DNA of 58,894 nucleotides, from positions 1-58,894 of the IMG/VR virus record IMGVR_UViG_3300042332_001561; one strand, written 5' to 3'. The number at the start of each line of letters is the position of its first letter. The first letter of the stretch is position 1. The notes beneath the pieces are model-generated. The model saw only the letters and a list, made by a program, of their open reading frames with translations, did not search any database and was not told the origin of the DNA. Below are positions 1-12,788 of this stretch, one piece after another. The translations under genes and the position numbers were made by a program. The DNA is from a virus (Duplodnaviria > Caudoviricetes).

Positions 1-158
1 CTTGCCATTGCAGAGCTGTCTGTCCCAGAAGAAACGTTCTTTTTTGAGGCAACCTTTGCAGCGTATTTATTGGACGTTACCGTTCTTTGACTGGTGTCCT
101 TTGGTGTCTTTGCTGCGTCTGCTAACGTTTTATTTTGATTACCAATATTTAAAAGCAT
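1..158 (-). CDS. Hypothetical protein, N-terminal part (runs off the window edge)
   Basis: ATG at 158, 14 nt after the previous gene's stop; reads MLLNIGNQNKTLADAAKTPKDTSQRTVTSNKYAAKVASKK... open to the edge. Not in the ORF track. Confidence 0.6.
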   Translation of the reverse strand, partial: MLLNIGNQNKTLADAAKTPKDTSQRTVTSNKYAAKVASKKNVSSGTDSSAMA

Positions 159-172
159 GTAACACTAAACCT

Positions 173-3100
173 TTAATAGGATGACGCTATTTCCTCGTAC
201 GGATCTCTACCAACATCTGGGATTCTATTGTACATAGTAGTGTTCATATCAAAATTTCCTAATTCCATAGCCTGACTTCTAAAAGTATTAACACTATCCC
301 TATTGCCATAAAGGTTAACTTTATAGGAGACTCCAGGATTATAATTTATATTTCCAATTTGAGGTATTTCAGCGGATCTATCTGGATAATTTTCTTCATA
401 CGCAGATCCTCCTGGCAAAAGTGGTGGGCCCTGGATATCTTCTTCTGTTCTATCTTTATAGTGGGAATAGGCAAAGCTTCCCACTATTAAGGCTCCAGCT
501 GCATAAACAGAGTTTCTGAATATTTTATTTCCTTCAAACAAGTTTTTAAAGGTATTCATTGCTTCTCTATTAAAAGGAGTGTCATCTAAGAATGATCTAT
601 AATCCTCTCCTGCAACAGCTGCCTCAAGGCCTAAACCAAGAGTATCATCTGCAGCTGGTGCTGTAACAGATCTAGCTGTCCTAGCTGTTATGGCGTCAAC
701 AACATCTGCATCCAGTTCTTTTTCTGCATTAATGTTTCTTACAATCTTTGATTCGTCGGAGCCTTCATCATCTAATACTTTTAATATTGTCCTATCTATG
801 TCAGACATGGACTCTAGTGCTTCTGTGCCAGTTAAGCCACTTGATATTAAGTCGTCAAAAGAAGTTCTTACTGCCTCTACTGCAGAATCATCTGACACGG
901 CTCCGGCAACAGTTTCAAGCATTGACATAGTTGGTGCATCAACCATTGTTTGATAGAATTTTCTCATTCTTAAAGTTCTAGCTGCTTGTATTTGCCTTAG
1001 CATTTCTAAGCCATTATCACCAAGTACATCAAGATCTGTTAATCTAAATGCTTCCTTTCTTCTTGCAGAAACTAATTCCATGGCGTTAATTATTTCTTCA
1101 GTTGTTATACCAAATCTATCTGCAGCAAGTCTCATATCTTCGGTGACTTTTTCTCCTAAATTAATTTTTCTTAAACTATTAATAAGTCTTTCTGTGTCAG
1201 ACATATCCTTAGAGGCTCTGGTTAAAACGCTGTCCATTTCCTCTTTATGTCTATCCATCAAGAATGTAGCTATTCTTTGTGCTTCTTCACTAACAGGTGT
1301 TGCAGCTAGAATTTGATCTTGTGGCATAGATGCTAGGGCTAACCTTTTAAGTGCATCTGCTTGTGCTGCCGTTTTTTTGGCTTGATCATCCAACTTGGCT
1401 AGTGATGCATACTTATGAGAACCAGATGCTCCAAAATTACCCATCAGGTAATCCATAGATTCTTTGCCTCCCATCTCCAATCTAGACAGCGTGGATACAT
1501 ATTCATCTAGTCTGTCACTAGAATAACCAGAAGAAGTTATTCCCTCTACGATTCCTTGTATTAAGGTTGGAACATCTCCAGATTCTGTTAGTCTTCCAGA
1601 GAGTATTAAAGAGTCTATTACTGGCCTTAAAGAGTCATCTATCGCACCATATTTTCCGCTGGCAACAGCGTTTTCATATATTGCTGTTGCTGCACCAAAA
1701 CGTCTACCTAAATTAAGAATTGCGTCTTCTCCTACTTGACCAATGTCTGTTGCTAGGAATCTTTCTAAAGCTGGAAGACCCATTCCAGCTCTAAATGACA
1801 TGAGTTCACTTGAAACCTCTGCTATAAACTCCCTTTGCATTGTGAAGTTAACTGCTCGGTCAATTGCAAATTCTTGCGTTCCAAGGCCAACTTGATATGC
1901 AGATAATTTCAATGCGTCTTCAGCATCTAACATGCCTGCAAAATCTGACATCTGATTTAATGTTGACCCAACCACCATAGATCTATTTATATAAACGCCA
2001 AGAATGTCTCTTTCTTGCTTTGCTGTTTCTGTCATAACATCAATTATGGATGCGTTCATTAAAGCATCAAAGCCTCTACCACCAGCGGTAGTTTTAGCAG
2101 CTGCGTCTTGCACTATCTGCCTTAACTCTTCATCCGTTGTTACTGCAACCAATCTTCTGTAAATATCATCATCTATGTTTTCTTTAAAATCTGGAAGCAT
2201 CCTTTGTAAACTTTCTCTAATGAATGTAGCTTGTTTACTTTCTGCCTCTATCATTCCAGCAGCTGCAGCGTCATCAAATTTTGCTTTTGTTAATCTGAAT
2301 ACTCCACCTCTACCAATATCATCTGCTGATATAGCATCTGTATATCTAAGTGGAGATGAACCATATTTTGATATATGCTCTAGAGTTCTTTTATCAGCTT
2401 CTGCTATCTTTGAGCCTCTTCTTTGATATACCTTTAGAACTGCTTCAGTCATATCTTGTTCTGTTCTTGTCGGATCTAATTTTTCTTTAGAGCCATTAAT
2501 AACTTGGAACAAGTCCTCTAAAACTTCATCTAAACCACCTTCTTCTCGCATGGTTTTTAATGTTTCTTTAAACCTTGCCGTTCCAAATAAATTCTTTAAA
2601 GTTTCCCCATCTGTTAAAGCCGCACTACCATATATAATTTCTTTAGAACCTGATGGCTGTCTTGTTATGGAGAATATTAAATTCTTACTCATAGATCCGT
2701 CTGGCTTTTTTTCAGAAGCAGTCATTAACTTAGGTAGACCTTTGTCGTCTAAGTCAAAGCCTCCAAGTGCGTGATAAAACTCTTCAATTGCACCTGCTGC
2801 GAAAAGCATTCTATGGTTATTCACTCGAAATTTTAATAGGTCAGCACTTACCGATGCTCCTTCTAGATCATAAGTAATTGTTTGAAAACCTTTTCTTCCT
2901 GCAGTGTCTCCAACAGAGCCTTCATATTTGTCTAGTATTGGAGCTCTTCCGACCAATGTTGTTTCAGATCCAACAGCAAATCTATAAGTATTTGGAGATA
3001 CGGGCAAGAATGTAGTTGCTACTTCTCCTCCAGCTCTTGTTTTTGTCTTAACTGTATACATTTCACTGGCCATAAAAGAGTGCAGCATATTCATCATTTG

Positions 3101-5012
3101 CGGAGATTCTTTAGGCCCTACACCAGACTGATGAAGCTGAAGTATCTGTCTAGCAAATTCTTGGTTTCGAATTCTTGACCTTTGCATAGGTACAGGTAGA
3201 CTAGAATAATCCTCATCAGCAACAGTTTCTAACATTCTTTTAACTTCTTTTGGAAGTGTATTTGTATTAACTGCTTGCTCGAAATCGGACAATACTTCAG
3301 CAGAATATGACTGTATTGCCTCCAGTTCTTGAGGAGAAGCAAAAACTTCTGGATGAAATGCAACCGTAACAGGGTCGGCATACACTAACTCTCTAGGTGT
3401 TCCAAGTCCACTTATTGAAATCATGTTTGTACCTGAAGCGAGTTCTACGTCACCCTTAAGTCCAGATCTTCCGATTACATATGCGACGTTCTCAAAATCA
3501 GAACCAAGTCTATTGTTAAGATCAAGAACCTCAAAAGCTATCTTTACACCCTCTTCATCTACTGATCCTCTACCAGTTATTTGATATAAATTTCTTGAAT
3601 TATTTAATAATCCTCTTTGTTGTTTTAGTTCTAAGAGTCTTTGTCTAATTTCAGGAGTATCTCTTACTCCACTTGCAATGTCTGCTTCGATTGAAGATAT
3701 CCTTGCATCTAACAAGCTTCTTGCACCGCTTAATAATCTTTGATTAAGTACTCCGTGCACCATCCCATTCTTTTTCTGCAGCGCCCATTACTGTCTTAAA
3801 AACTTTATATTGATCATCAGTTAAAGAACCTTTAGCTCTATTTAATAATTCTTCATTAGTTTCAGAGCTAGCTATTATGTCAGAAACCCCTGCTCTTTTT
3901 AATTCTTCTAAATAATCATCATATGTTCCACCATAACCGGCAGATCTTAAACCTGATTCTATTATTAGTTTTTCGTCTCTATCTGACATCAGTATACCTA
4001 TATGTGTTACATTGGTAGGGTCGCCTATTGCGCCAGAAGTTGAACGAAGTGATCTTCCTCTTGCCTGTTGTCCTAAGGCTTTTCTAAATGTATCAAGACC
4101 CTCTTCAATGACAACACCAAAGTTATCCCCTAAACTACCTACAGCGTTTCTTCTAACTATGTCATCATATACATCACTTGTTATTCTTCCTGCTGCAAGG
4201 TCTCTTTCCGCATCAGCTATTAGTGATTCTTTGACGGATATATTTTCTCCAAATTTATTTTTACTTTTAAAAATATGTGTAATATCTTCACCCATTAAAG
4301 TTAGGTCTCTATCAGCAGTTACACCTCTAACTCTTTTACCTAACTTAGAAAGGTAGCTTTCTATTTCCTCTGAAGAGCCATCTAAACCAAAAGCTTTAGT
4401 TATTTTATTTAATGAAGCAACGTCATTGCCCAAAAATGACATTAGTGTAAACATGTCTGATTTTTTTAAAGATTTTCCACCTATCATTAACTGAAGAATA
4501 TCTACTCCTTCATCATCTATGAAAGGAATAAAACCACCTATTGATCTCTCTAATCTTTCCAATCCAGCAGTTATGTTCGCACCTCTGCTTTCTTGACTAC
4601 TGATCAATCCTAAAGAAAGACTGTCATCTGTTATTCCAGATCTAGATAAAAAATCTAAGAACGCCCTATCTCCACCAGCTTTAAGCTGATTAAATCTGTC
4701 TTGCATAGACTGAAGAATTGCTCCCATTTGAGCTCTTCTTGGATTATTGGTTGTGTCACCAATTCTACCTGTAGAAGGCAATATTCTTTCATATTGTGTA
4801 ATCATCTTAGTGCTTGCTTCTACAAATGCAGCTTGTGGATTATCAAAAGATTCTCCTGTTGCATCTATGATAAATTTCATTGCTCCAGCAGCATCTACAT
4901 CAGCTCTGACCACTCCACCACGACCTAAGTCAGTAGATCTCATTGCCATTTGCGTAGCAGTTAATATCTTATTGATATCACCGCCAAATAAATCCATTAT
5001 ATTAAAAGCCAT
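173..5012 (-). CDS. Giant virion-associated protein (~1612 aa), joined by a +1 frameshift at CGG 3753-3755
   Basis: Track ORFs 3744..5012 and 173..3763 join as GAT GGT GCA C GGA GTA CTT AAT (..EWDGA-GVLNQRLL..). Has a C-terminal hydrophobic segment and lies in the tail region. Confidence 0.7.
3752..3755 (-). other. +1 recoding site A (GCA CGG A)
   Basis: In-frame CGG at codon 420; zero-frame TAA follows after 2 more codons; +1 frame is open for ~1190 codons. Confidence 0.8.
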
Positions 5013-5014
5013 AC

Positions 5015-8000
5015 TTACCTTATTCCTGCAGATATATCAATTGAATTTGAACCAAAGGGATTCATTACTGGTGTAATAACTCCTGATATTCCAGATCCAC
5101 TTAAAACATTTCTTAATCTGCTTATGAGACTAGAGTTGTTATCTTCTTTTTTATTAAACTCTGGATAAGAAGGACCTGTTAAGTTTGCTTCTTTTATCTG
5201 TTGTGGATAGTAACCCATTTGAGACATGTCAACGCCCATGCTATTACCTATTTTTATCTTTACATGTTCCATGTTAGTGTTCGGGTGCCAACCCTCCCAA
5301 GAAGCATCTGGTAGTTCATGTCTTGAAAAATACTCTTCTAAGTCTGGTCTTTGTTCTACCTGCATTCCCCAAGCTGCTTCATAGATTCTTCTTTCTAATC
5401 TTCCAGCTGTTGATAATATTCTTTTACGGTCCTGCTCAGGAGCATTAATCATTTCTTTAAAATGCTCGCGTTTTCTTTTTGGTATTGCCAAAGAAAGAGT
5501 ATCCATTGAAGCGCCATATATATCTGCTCCATACATGGTTCTTTTTGCTGCTTGTCTAAACTGGTTTGCGGCTGCACTATCTCCACTTTCCTGTGCCATG
5601 CCAGCCAATCTAGTATTCTTTACATAATTTAAGATATCTGTATATTCTTCTAGTGCAAGTTCTTTTTTTCTATGAAGTGGAATATATCTCTCATCACTTA
5701 CAGCTTGGGATATATTGCCTATTGAAGATGCAGTAAAACCTGTAGCTGTACCTAATAATGATCCGAATAGTTTACCTCTTGCAGTTCTTCCAAATAACGA
5801 TCCAGCTACACCAAGTCCAGCTGCTGCTGCTATTGGATTTCTTTGAGTAGACTTATCTATCATTGGCTGTATAAAGCTTTCAAATGGCCTCTGCCACTGA
5901 GGGAAAGTAGAGCCATAAACGTTTCTTCTTTCCCAGTCTTCAACAGCAGTTCTCTTCTGCATCAATTTTGTGTTGAAGATGGTATCCCTATGTGCTAAGT
6001 ATTCGCCAAATTGTTTTGCCTTAAAAACATAAGGATGCAGACCTTGTTCCTCTGCAGAAGAGTCTCTATACTTATAGTCGCTAAAATCATATCTCTTAGT
6101 TGTATTTGCTACTTGCTCTCTTATTTCTGCAAGTTTTTGTTTTTGTCCAGCGTCTGTTATCATAGAATCAGCTAAGCGATTTATTTTTTTAAATTGTTCT
6201 GAATATGGAGCCACATCTCCAAGAATGTCAAGTTGATTTAAAATTCCATAACGACCTGTAGAGTCTGAATATAATGTATTTAATCTTTCATAGCCAATAC
6301 CAGGTAAGCGGAGTTCTCCTTCTTGAACCTTGGTAAATGGATCTCCAGTTTTAAAGTTAGTAAAGTATTCAGAGCCAGGAAGGAATGGATATTGTTGGCC
6401 CATAGTATTTTGAATTGGGTTTAAATAGTCAATTCCAGTTCTTTCTTTTGGAATAAATCTTCTAACAATTTCTGAAACTTCCAAGTTACCAAGAGGACCT
6501 TGTGCTGTTAAAGGAACGTCACCTAAGCCACCTAAGTTCAAGTCCCAGAAAGCCCTGCCAGTTCCATAGGCTTTTGATGCAGCCTGTAAAACTGATCTAC
6601 TTGGCTCAAAGTCTCCCTGACCAAAACCAAACTTTTCTCTAACAGTAGCCATGCTAAATCCATAGATACCCAACATTTCTTGCGATCTGTAACCAAATTC
6701 TCTAAACTGAGATCCCATTCCGACTGAAGATAATGGCTCACCTGTCGGAACAATTCCTGGTTGCATTACTCCTCTTTGTTTTGGTGGACCATAGGATAAT
6801 TGATTCAATGGAGCATTAAGGCCAGCTATATTGCTCATAGTTATTCTTTGTGCTGTTGAGGTAGGATAATTTCCAGCACCGGCGTAGAGTGCATTACTGC
6901 CAGATATCATAGGCTGACCCCCACCCATGCCTGTGCCCTCGTTAGAGACTGCTGCACCATATCCTGGCACACCGCCACCCATGCCAAAACCAGATCTAAT
7001 TAAATCATTAGTAACCTGAGGCTGAGAGTAGCCTGATGCGTTATAGGCTCCAGAAGCACCAGCTGGAACATAAGAACCCAGACCTTGCATCACTTCTTGC
7101 TCATGCATAAATACTTGTGGCTTTAGTACTTTACCTACAGTTGCATTTAATGCTGCCGTTAAAGGGCCCCATGGACCAGTAAAATAATCTCCACTTACTG
7201 GATATGGTCTATCAGAATAATGTTTTCTTTCAAACCTGTATGGATCTAAAGGTCTTAATGGTGATATATCATTGTAGAATAAAAACTTTTCTGCAGGGCT
7301 GCCAAATGAATCAGAAGTAAACATGGCTCCAGCTTGTAGCTTTCTGTACCAAGATGGCCTGTAATACATGATCTTTCCACCTTCAAAAGGAGTATTACCA
7401 AGTGGCCAGAATCTTCCCTGTCTAATTGGTACTTCGCCTTCTAAAAGTTGTTCTCTTTTTTCCTCTGTATTCATTCCACCTGGAGTTATTCCAGCAAGGA
7501 GCGATTGAGCCTCAACTACTCCTCTTGCAGCTTTTGTGGTAAAAAATGGAGAGTATACTCTTTCACCACTTTCATCTCTTCCATTTACCATACCACCAAT
7601 AGTTCTGTCTACTGTCATTGCAGCAGCACCTGCTCCATAAAGTGGAAGAACTCTCTTGCCAACCATTCCTCTTGCATACAAGTCAAGTGGGCCCTTAAAG
7701 TTAGAAACGTCCAGTTGCATACCGAAAGTTCCAAAGTTTTTATTTAGTCTTTCAACACCTTGAGAGATTGGAATAGATGCTCCAGAAAAACCTTCTGGGT
7801 TTTGATATGTATTTATTCCTAATGCGCTCTTTATAGCTGCCATTGGACTAGCGTCAAAGACTGTTCCAAAGGTTGGAACGAATGTGATTCCCTGACCAGA
7901 ACCAAGAGCGTCTACAGATAAATCATCTATCATATAGGGAGCAGTGCCAAATGACCTTTTTGCAGCTGGGAGAAGTGTAGTAAATGGTCTTCTAACATTT

Positions 8001-11000
8001 GTAGACATTAATCCAAATGTACCTTTAGTAAAAGGTTCAAACAATCCCTTTACGACATCTGGATTTGATCTTGCATGGTTGAACATGCTCACTGCCGCAT
8101 TTCTGGCATTTGTGAGTAGCTCTTCACCTTGCTTGAACGTTTTGAATGCATGCATATTAAATAATGTAGACAATGCAGCTGCTTGTGCTTCGGCATACTG
8201 TGAAGCAGGTAAGGACGACTTCATGGTCCTCAATGCATTTTGCATTTCTATGAAGATAGTGTCTGTATCGCCTCGCATAAATGCATTTGTCTGTGATATA
8301 AATCTAAATGTTTCTGACCTTAACTCGTCAAAGGTTGTAGTTATAGACGGAGTCTTACCTGAAAGCTGAGAAGCAGACAATAAGTCGGCTTCTCTTCTAA
8401 GTGCTCTAATTCTAGAATAGGATTTCTGAATTACTGCAGGGTCATACGTGCCAGAAGATCTTAATCTATTTGCTATTCCAGGTAACGCAGACTCAAGTTG
8501 ATCCAAAAAGTCCAAAAGGTGCCTAGGTGTATCCATTTGTGAAACTCTTGCACCGGCTATAGTTGTAAAAAGATCTGGATTTGATTCTTCTAAAGCTTCC
8601 ATAAACTGTTTGGAAAATCCAGAATCAAAAGACTGTTTTCTAACTCCCCTATAGGATCTAATTAAAGCTGCTTCATCTATTCCTGATACAGCAGCGCCTG
8701 TATCATCAATTACTCTTAGGTTTCCACCTGAGGTATCAAGGCGCATTGTTCTTCTTGTTCTGCCACTTGTGAACTCAACTTCTTCACCAGATACTAATCT
8801 TGATATTATTTTAGGATTATTTACATCCCTATTCCTTTGGGTAAATCTAGATATTAATCCAAAAATAGAGTTTGGTTGCTCCGAATCAATGGACATTGCT
8901 CTTTTGAAAGTTCTTGCTCTGTCAGAGTTACCAAGAATAAAATCTAAAAATCTAGAACCAGACTTACCTGCTATATCGTAGGTTGTATCTCCCTCTAGGT
9001 TTGCTGCTATACGAGCATGTCTTGTATACATTTCTGTACTATTTGTTGGAGCTGGTCTATATGTACCTTTTAGTGTTCTGCCAAACACTTCCCCAGAAAA
9101 ATCATCAGAACTATAAGCTGTAACTTTGCCTTTTGTGCCTAAGAAGCCACCAGTACTGTGCCATATGTGAAAATCTGATCTATCTCCTTGGAAACCATGA
9201 AAAGGTTGAACTGTCATTCCAGGAGAATATTGCAGTGGCCCCCTTCTCGACATTCCAGCAAAAGATCTGTATCCAAAAAGGTCTGCTGGATTTAATTTAA
9301 TAATTGGAATATGGAATTCACTTGCAAAGAAGTCTGCCGTCTTACCAGCTGCATTCTTTAATGCACTAAAGTCTAATACATTTCCAGACCTAGTTTTATA
9401 AACACCACCTAATGTATTGAATCCAATGCTTTTTGAAACTGGGTCATGTCGAGCCATAGATCCAGCTAAGTCTGTTATGACTTTTCTTTCGTTAGTACTT
9501 AATCTATCGAACCTGCCAGATTCTATGGCTTCGTCTATTAACATTGGTTTCATACCAAAAAGATTAAAACCACCGTTGAATATACCAGAAGTCATTTGCT
9601 TGTTTTCAACTAAGAAAGATCTTAATTGAGCAAAGTTGTTTGGATTATATCCTCTTTGAGCAAGTTTGTTTCTAACTTCATCATCAGAAACTAATCTTCC
9701 ATTGGTTTCTTTTAGTTTTATTCCAAGACTTTGTGCTGTTTTTCTTTGAAGAAATTGTTGTTGCTTATCACCTAGTGGACCAACAAAGTCATGAAAATTT
9801 GCTTTTTGTGGCTTAAGAAATGTAGATGCTACATCTGCTAAATCATTTCTATAAAACTGATTCCACTGTTTTGTTACTTTGTTTTTTAAAAGAGTTTGAA
9901 ATTCTCTTGAAGAGTAGTTTGCATTGACGTCGTTGAGTATTCCTCTTAGAAACTCTTCTGGACTAGAACCTCCAGCTGCTGTTGTCAGATTATCTGCAAA
10001 GTCTCTGCCACCTTTTATTCCTTTATATCTTTCTATAATCTGCTTGTAATATTCATCACCTGATGCAGTTACTTCATTTCTACCTATTGAGACGATGTTT
10101 GTAACGTCAGTGCCTTTTCCTACAGGTGGTCTTACTCTTAAGTTTCTGGCAAATGCCTCAGATTCGGACTCTGTTAATCCTCTTTCCTGAAGCTTTCTTG
10201 ATATAAGTTTTTTATACTCAGATTCTTGTTGCCCATAGTAAAAGTCTGATCTGTTAAAGCTTTTATCGCCTGGACCACCACCACCAAGTACCGCTACTTG
10301 TCCAGCTAATCTTGAAATTCTACTAGAATATTGTTGCTGAATAGTATCCATAGCTCTATGGATATTGTCAACACTATATCTTCCAGTTGCACCTCTCGCC
10401 TCTGCTATTATTCTGTCGTACTTAAAGGAACTTTGTAGAGCATCATATCCTTTACCAAAAAGTTTGAACTCTTGGAAACCGACTTGCACAGCTCTACTTA
10501 GGCCTCTGAATGCTGGAATCGCATCTAGTGCACCATATTTATCTTCTGATCCAAAAGCAAGAGCCCTAGCCATAGAGCCCGCAGTTCTTAACTCGCTTGC
10601 ACCAGCAGCTACCGACCTTCTTCTGGCCTCTTCTGCTCCTGCTCTTGAGTCTCTTAATGCCTGAACTATTCTTGGTTGCTCATTAAGAGCATCTGCTGCT
10701 GCGTTAAATCCAGCTGAAGTTTGTGCTGTTGTTCTTAGAACTCTATTTGCTATAGTGGAAAAATCATGTCCAACTTCAGACAGCAATTCTGTTAGGTCAA
10801 CATATCCTTTGACCATTTTCTGCTTGCCGGGACTTAAGCTCTTCAAACTATCCATTGAGTTTTTAAAAGAACTCAATGAGTTTTTACTTGCAGCTAATCC
10901 AGCTCCACCAACTTCAAATGGCGCAACCATTGTCAACATGTTTACAGTTGATGTTTTAACGAAGTCACTAACAACATCTACTGGGTTGTACCATTTTACT

Positions 11001-11621
11001 TTTTTATTTTCGTCACCTTCACCGAAAAGCTTATCGCTAACACCCCTTTGCGCTGCATATAAAGCTGGGAGTTCATAGGGCATTCTTCTTCCTGCCCTAA
11101 CCATCCTTTTCTGTATCTCATCTTTTAGCGTCCAGACAGCAGCTGGTTCTCGAGTGATACCTCCACTTGCTAAACGCATTTCTTCCGATGTTGTATACGA
11201 ATATCTATGTATTTCGCTTTTTGATCCTAAATAACCAGTTGTTAAATCACCTTCTGGTGTTCTGAAAACAAGATCAGAGTATGGATCATCTACTCCATCT
11301 ATGTGCCTTTTTACCCCTTGTAATTCGTCAAGAGCTTTTCTTATTTCGATTATCTCTGATCTAGCGCCACTAGAAAGTTTTGTGTTTAGCTTTTCTGCTA
11401 GCTTAAGTCCGACCCTTTTTCATCATTGAGGTCATTACACCAGCTACAGCTATAGAAGCTGTAGTATGCGCAACAAAACGCATTACAGGATGACCATCTA
11501 ATGATTTTGATAATACACCACTATTTGGAGATACACCTTGTGTCTCCCCCTCGTTTACCGGCAGGTCTCTAGACGTGACACCATAGCCAAGATTTTGTAT
11601 TGGTCCACGATCTCTAATCAA
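5015..11621 (-). CDS. Giant virion protein (~2201 aa) in a tape-measure-like position, joined by a +1 frameshift at CGG 11409-11411
   Basis: TTG start at 11621 with GGAG SD. ORF 11403..11621 joins as AAG GGT C GGA CTT AAG CTA GCA into a frame open without stops through 11179 into the 2054-aa ORF. Follows tube and chaperone-like genes. Confidence 0.7.
11408..11411 (-). other. +1 recoding site B (GGT CGG A)
   Basis: In-frame CGG at codon 71, followed by ACT TAA. The +1 frame fills the apparent 224-nt gap in the ORF track. Confidence 0.85.
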
Positions 11622-11638
11622 CTTTTACTCCAGTAAAT

Positions 11639-12263
11639 TTATGGTTTCCAAAGCTTTTGAGCAATTGGATCATCGTACTCAGCTTCCCCTTCTTTTCTTG
11701 AAAGGTTGTGTCTAGCTGCTTTTTGTTTTGCCTTTATTTCTTCTTCTTCTGGATCTATTAATTCAAGACTCATATTTGTTGGCTCTATACCATTCATTGT
11801 CTGCTTAATTTCTATTATCTTTTCTGAAAGGGCAACTTTTTCAGAAAGTTGAGAAAATGTCATCTCATCAAGATCATCTGGCCTATATGTTGGTATAGCT
11901 GCCAAAACAAAAGCTTTCATTAAATTTCTTACTTCACCAGACTTTTCTCTTTTTTCACTTAATGTATTCTTTGCTAAACGTGCAGAATAAAAACCAGATA
12001 CATCAATTATTTTTTGAGCCAATGAAGTTATAAGTCCGAGGAGGAAGATTGTCTACACAAAAGTCATCTGGATGCACGACTGCACTATTGATTATAAGAT
12101 CTTCTGTGTCTGCGGAAGAGTGCTCTTCTGAATTCTGATATTCAGATATTTTGTCATATTCAGAAAATGTAAGTTCCCTAAAAACTATGTCAATATTTTT
12201 TATGGTAACAGTAAATACTGAACCATACTTTTTTTTAATTTCATATAGTTTTTCTGGGTTCAT
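11639..12263 (-). CDS. Putative tail assembly chaperone (~207 aa), joined by a +1 frameshift at CGG 12036-12038
   Basis: Junction CCT CCT C GGA CTT ATA gives LPP-GLITSLAQKIIDVSGF, aligning with MAGVPSLIAQEVLEASGF of the adjacent paralog 12267..12755. Confidence 0.7.
12035..12038 (-). other. +1 recoding site C (CCT CGG A)
   Basis: In-frame CGG at codon 76; paralog alignment places Gly at this position. Confidence 0.85.
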
Positions 12264-12266
12264 TTT

Positions 12267-12755
12267 TTATAACTGCCTAACCTCTAAGGCAACGAATCCT
12301 GAAGCTTCCAAAACTTCTTGTGCGATTAATGAAGGAACTCCAGCCATAACACCGTTCATATCAATTCTTTGATATTCAGGGAAAAGTATGCACAGCTCAG
12401 CAATAGCTTCTTCGTTCCACATATTTGCTTCTGCAGAAGAAAGTTGTCCAGCCTGAATTAACTGTTCCATCTTCTTGACAATATTTTTGTATTCTAATCT
12501 TGTTAGAACTCTCCATGCAATATGCTTATCATAGCTTATTGATGTAACATAAACTTCTCCAAAATGTTCTTTCCACTTCTTTACCATTCCAGCGGTTGGA
12601 CCATCTACCCATATTTCTTCTTCATCAGGAAGATCTTCGACTCTATTGATTTCTTCTTCTTGATTTTCAGTTGTTATAATTTCTTGATTAAACTCTATTG
12701 CCTCTGCTGTTTCATCATCTGTTGATGCAATAGTTACTTTTCTTTCGTTAGACAT
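12267..12755 (-). CDS. Putative tail assembly chaperone
   Basis: 162 aa acidic protein between tube-like genes and the giant tape-measure-like gene. AGGAG SD. KKWKEHFGEVYV..WRVLTRLEY resembles KKKYGSVF..FRELTFSEY of the downstream gene. Confidence 0.55.
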   Translation of the reverse strand: MSNERKVTIASTDDETAEAIEFNQEIITTENQEEEINRVEDLPDEEEIWVDGPTAGMVKKWKEHFGEVYVTSISYDKHIAWRVLTRLEYKNIVKKMEQLIQAGQLSSAEANMWNEEAIAELCILFPEYQRIDMNGVMAGVPSLIAQEVLEASGFVALEVRQL

Positions 12756-12788
12756 AAATTCTCCTTAATGAATTATAAATCAAATAAC

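Noticed and set aside
2-184. + strand 60-aa ORF at the window start
   Set aside because: It is antisense to a better-supported minus-strand gene starting at 158 that continues the operon.
11180-11402. Apparent intergenic gaps (also 36734-37000 and 52883-53111) as ncRNA, tRNA or intron locations
   Set aside because: Each gap is fully covered by open coding frame once the CGG shift is applied, and I saw no cloverleaf or intron-like structure.
11639-12263. Classical -1 tail-chaperone (G/GT) slippery frameshift
   Set aside because: The required shift is +1, there is no X XXY YYZ heptamer at the junction, and the site matches the CGGA pattern of the other genes.
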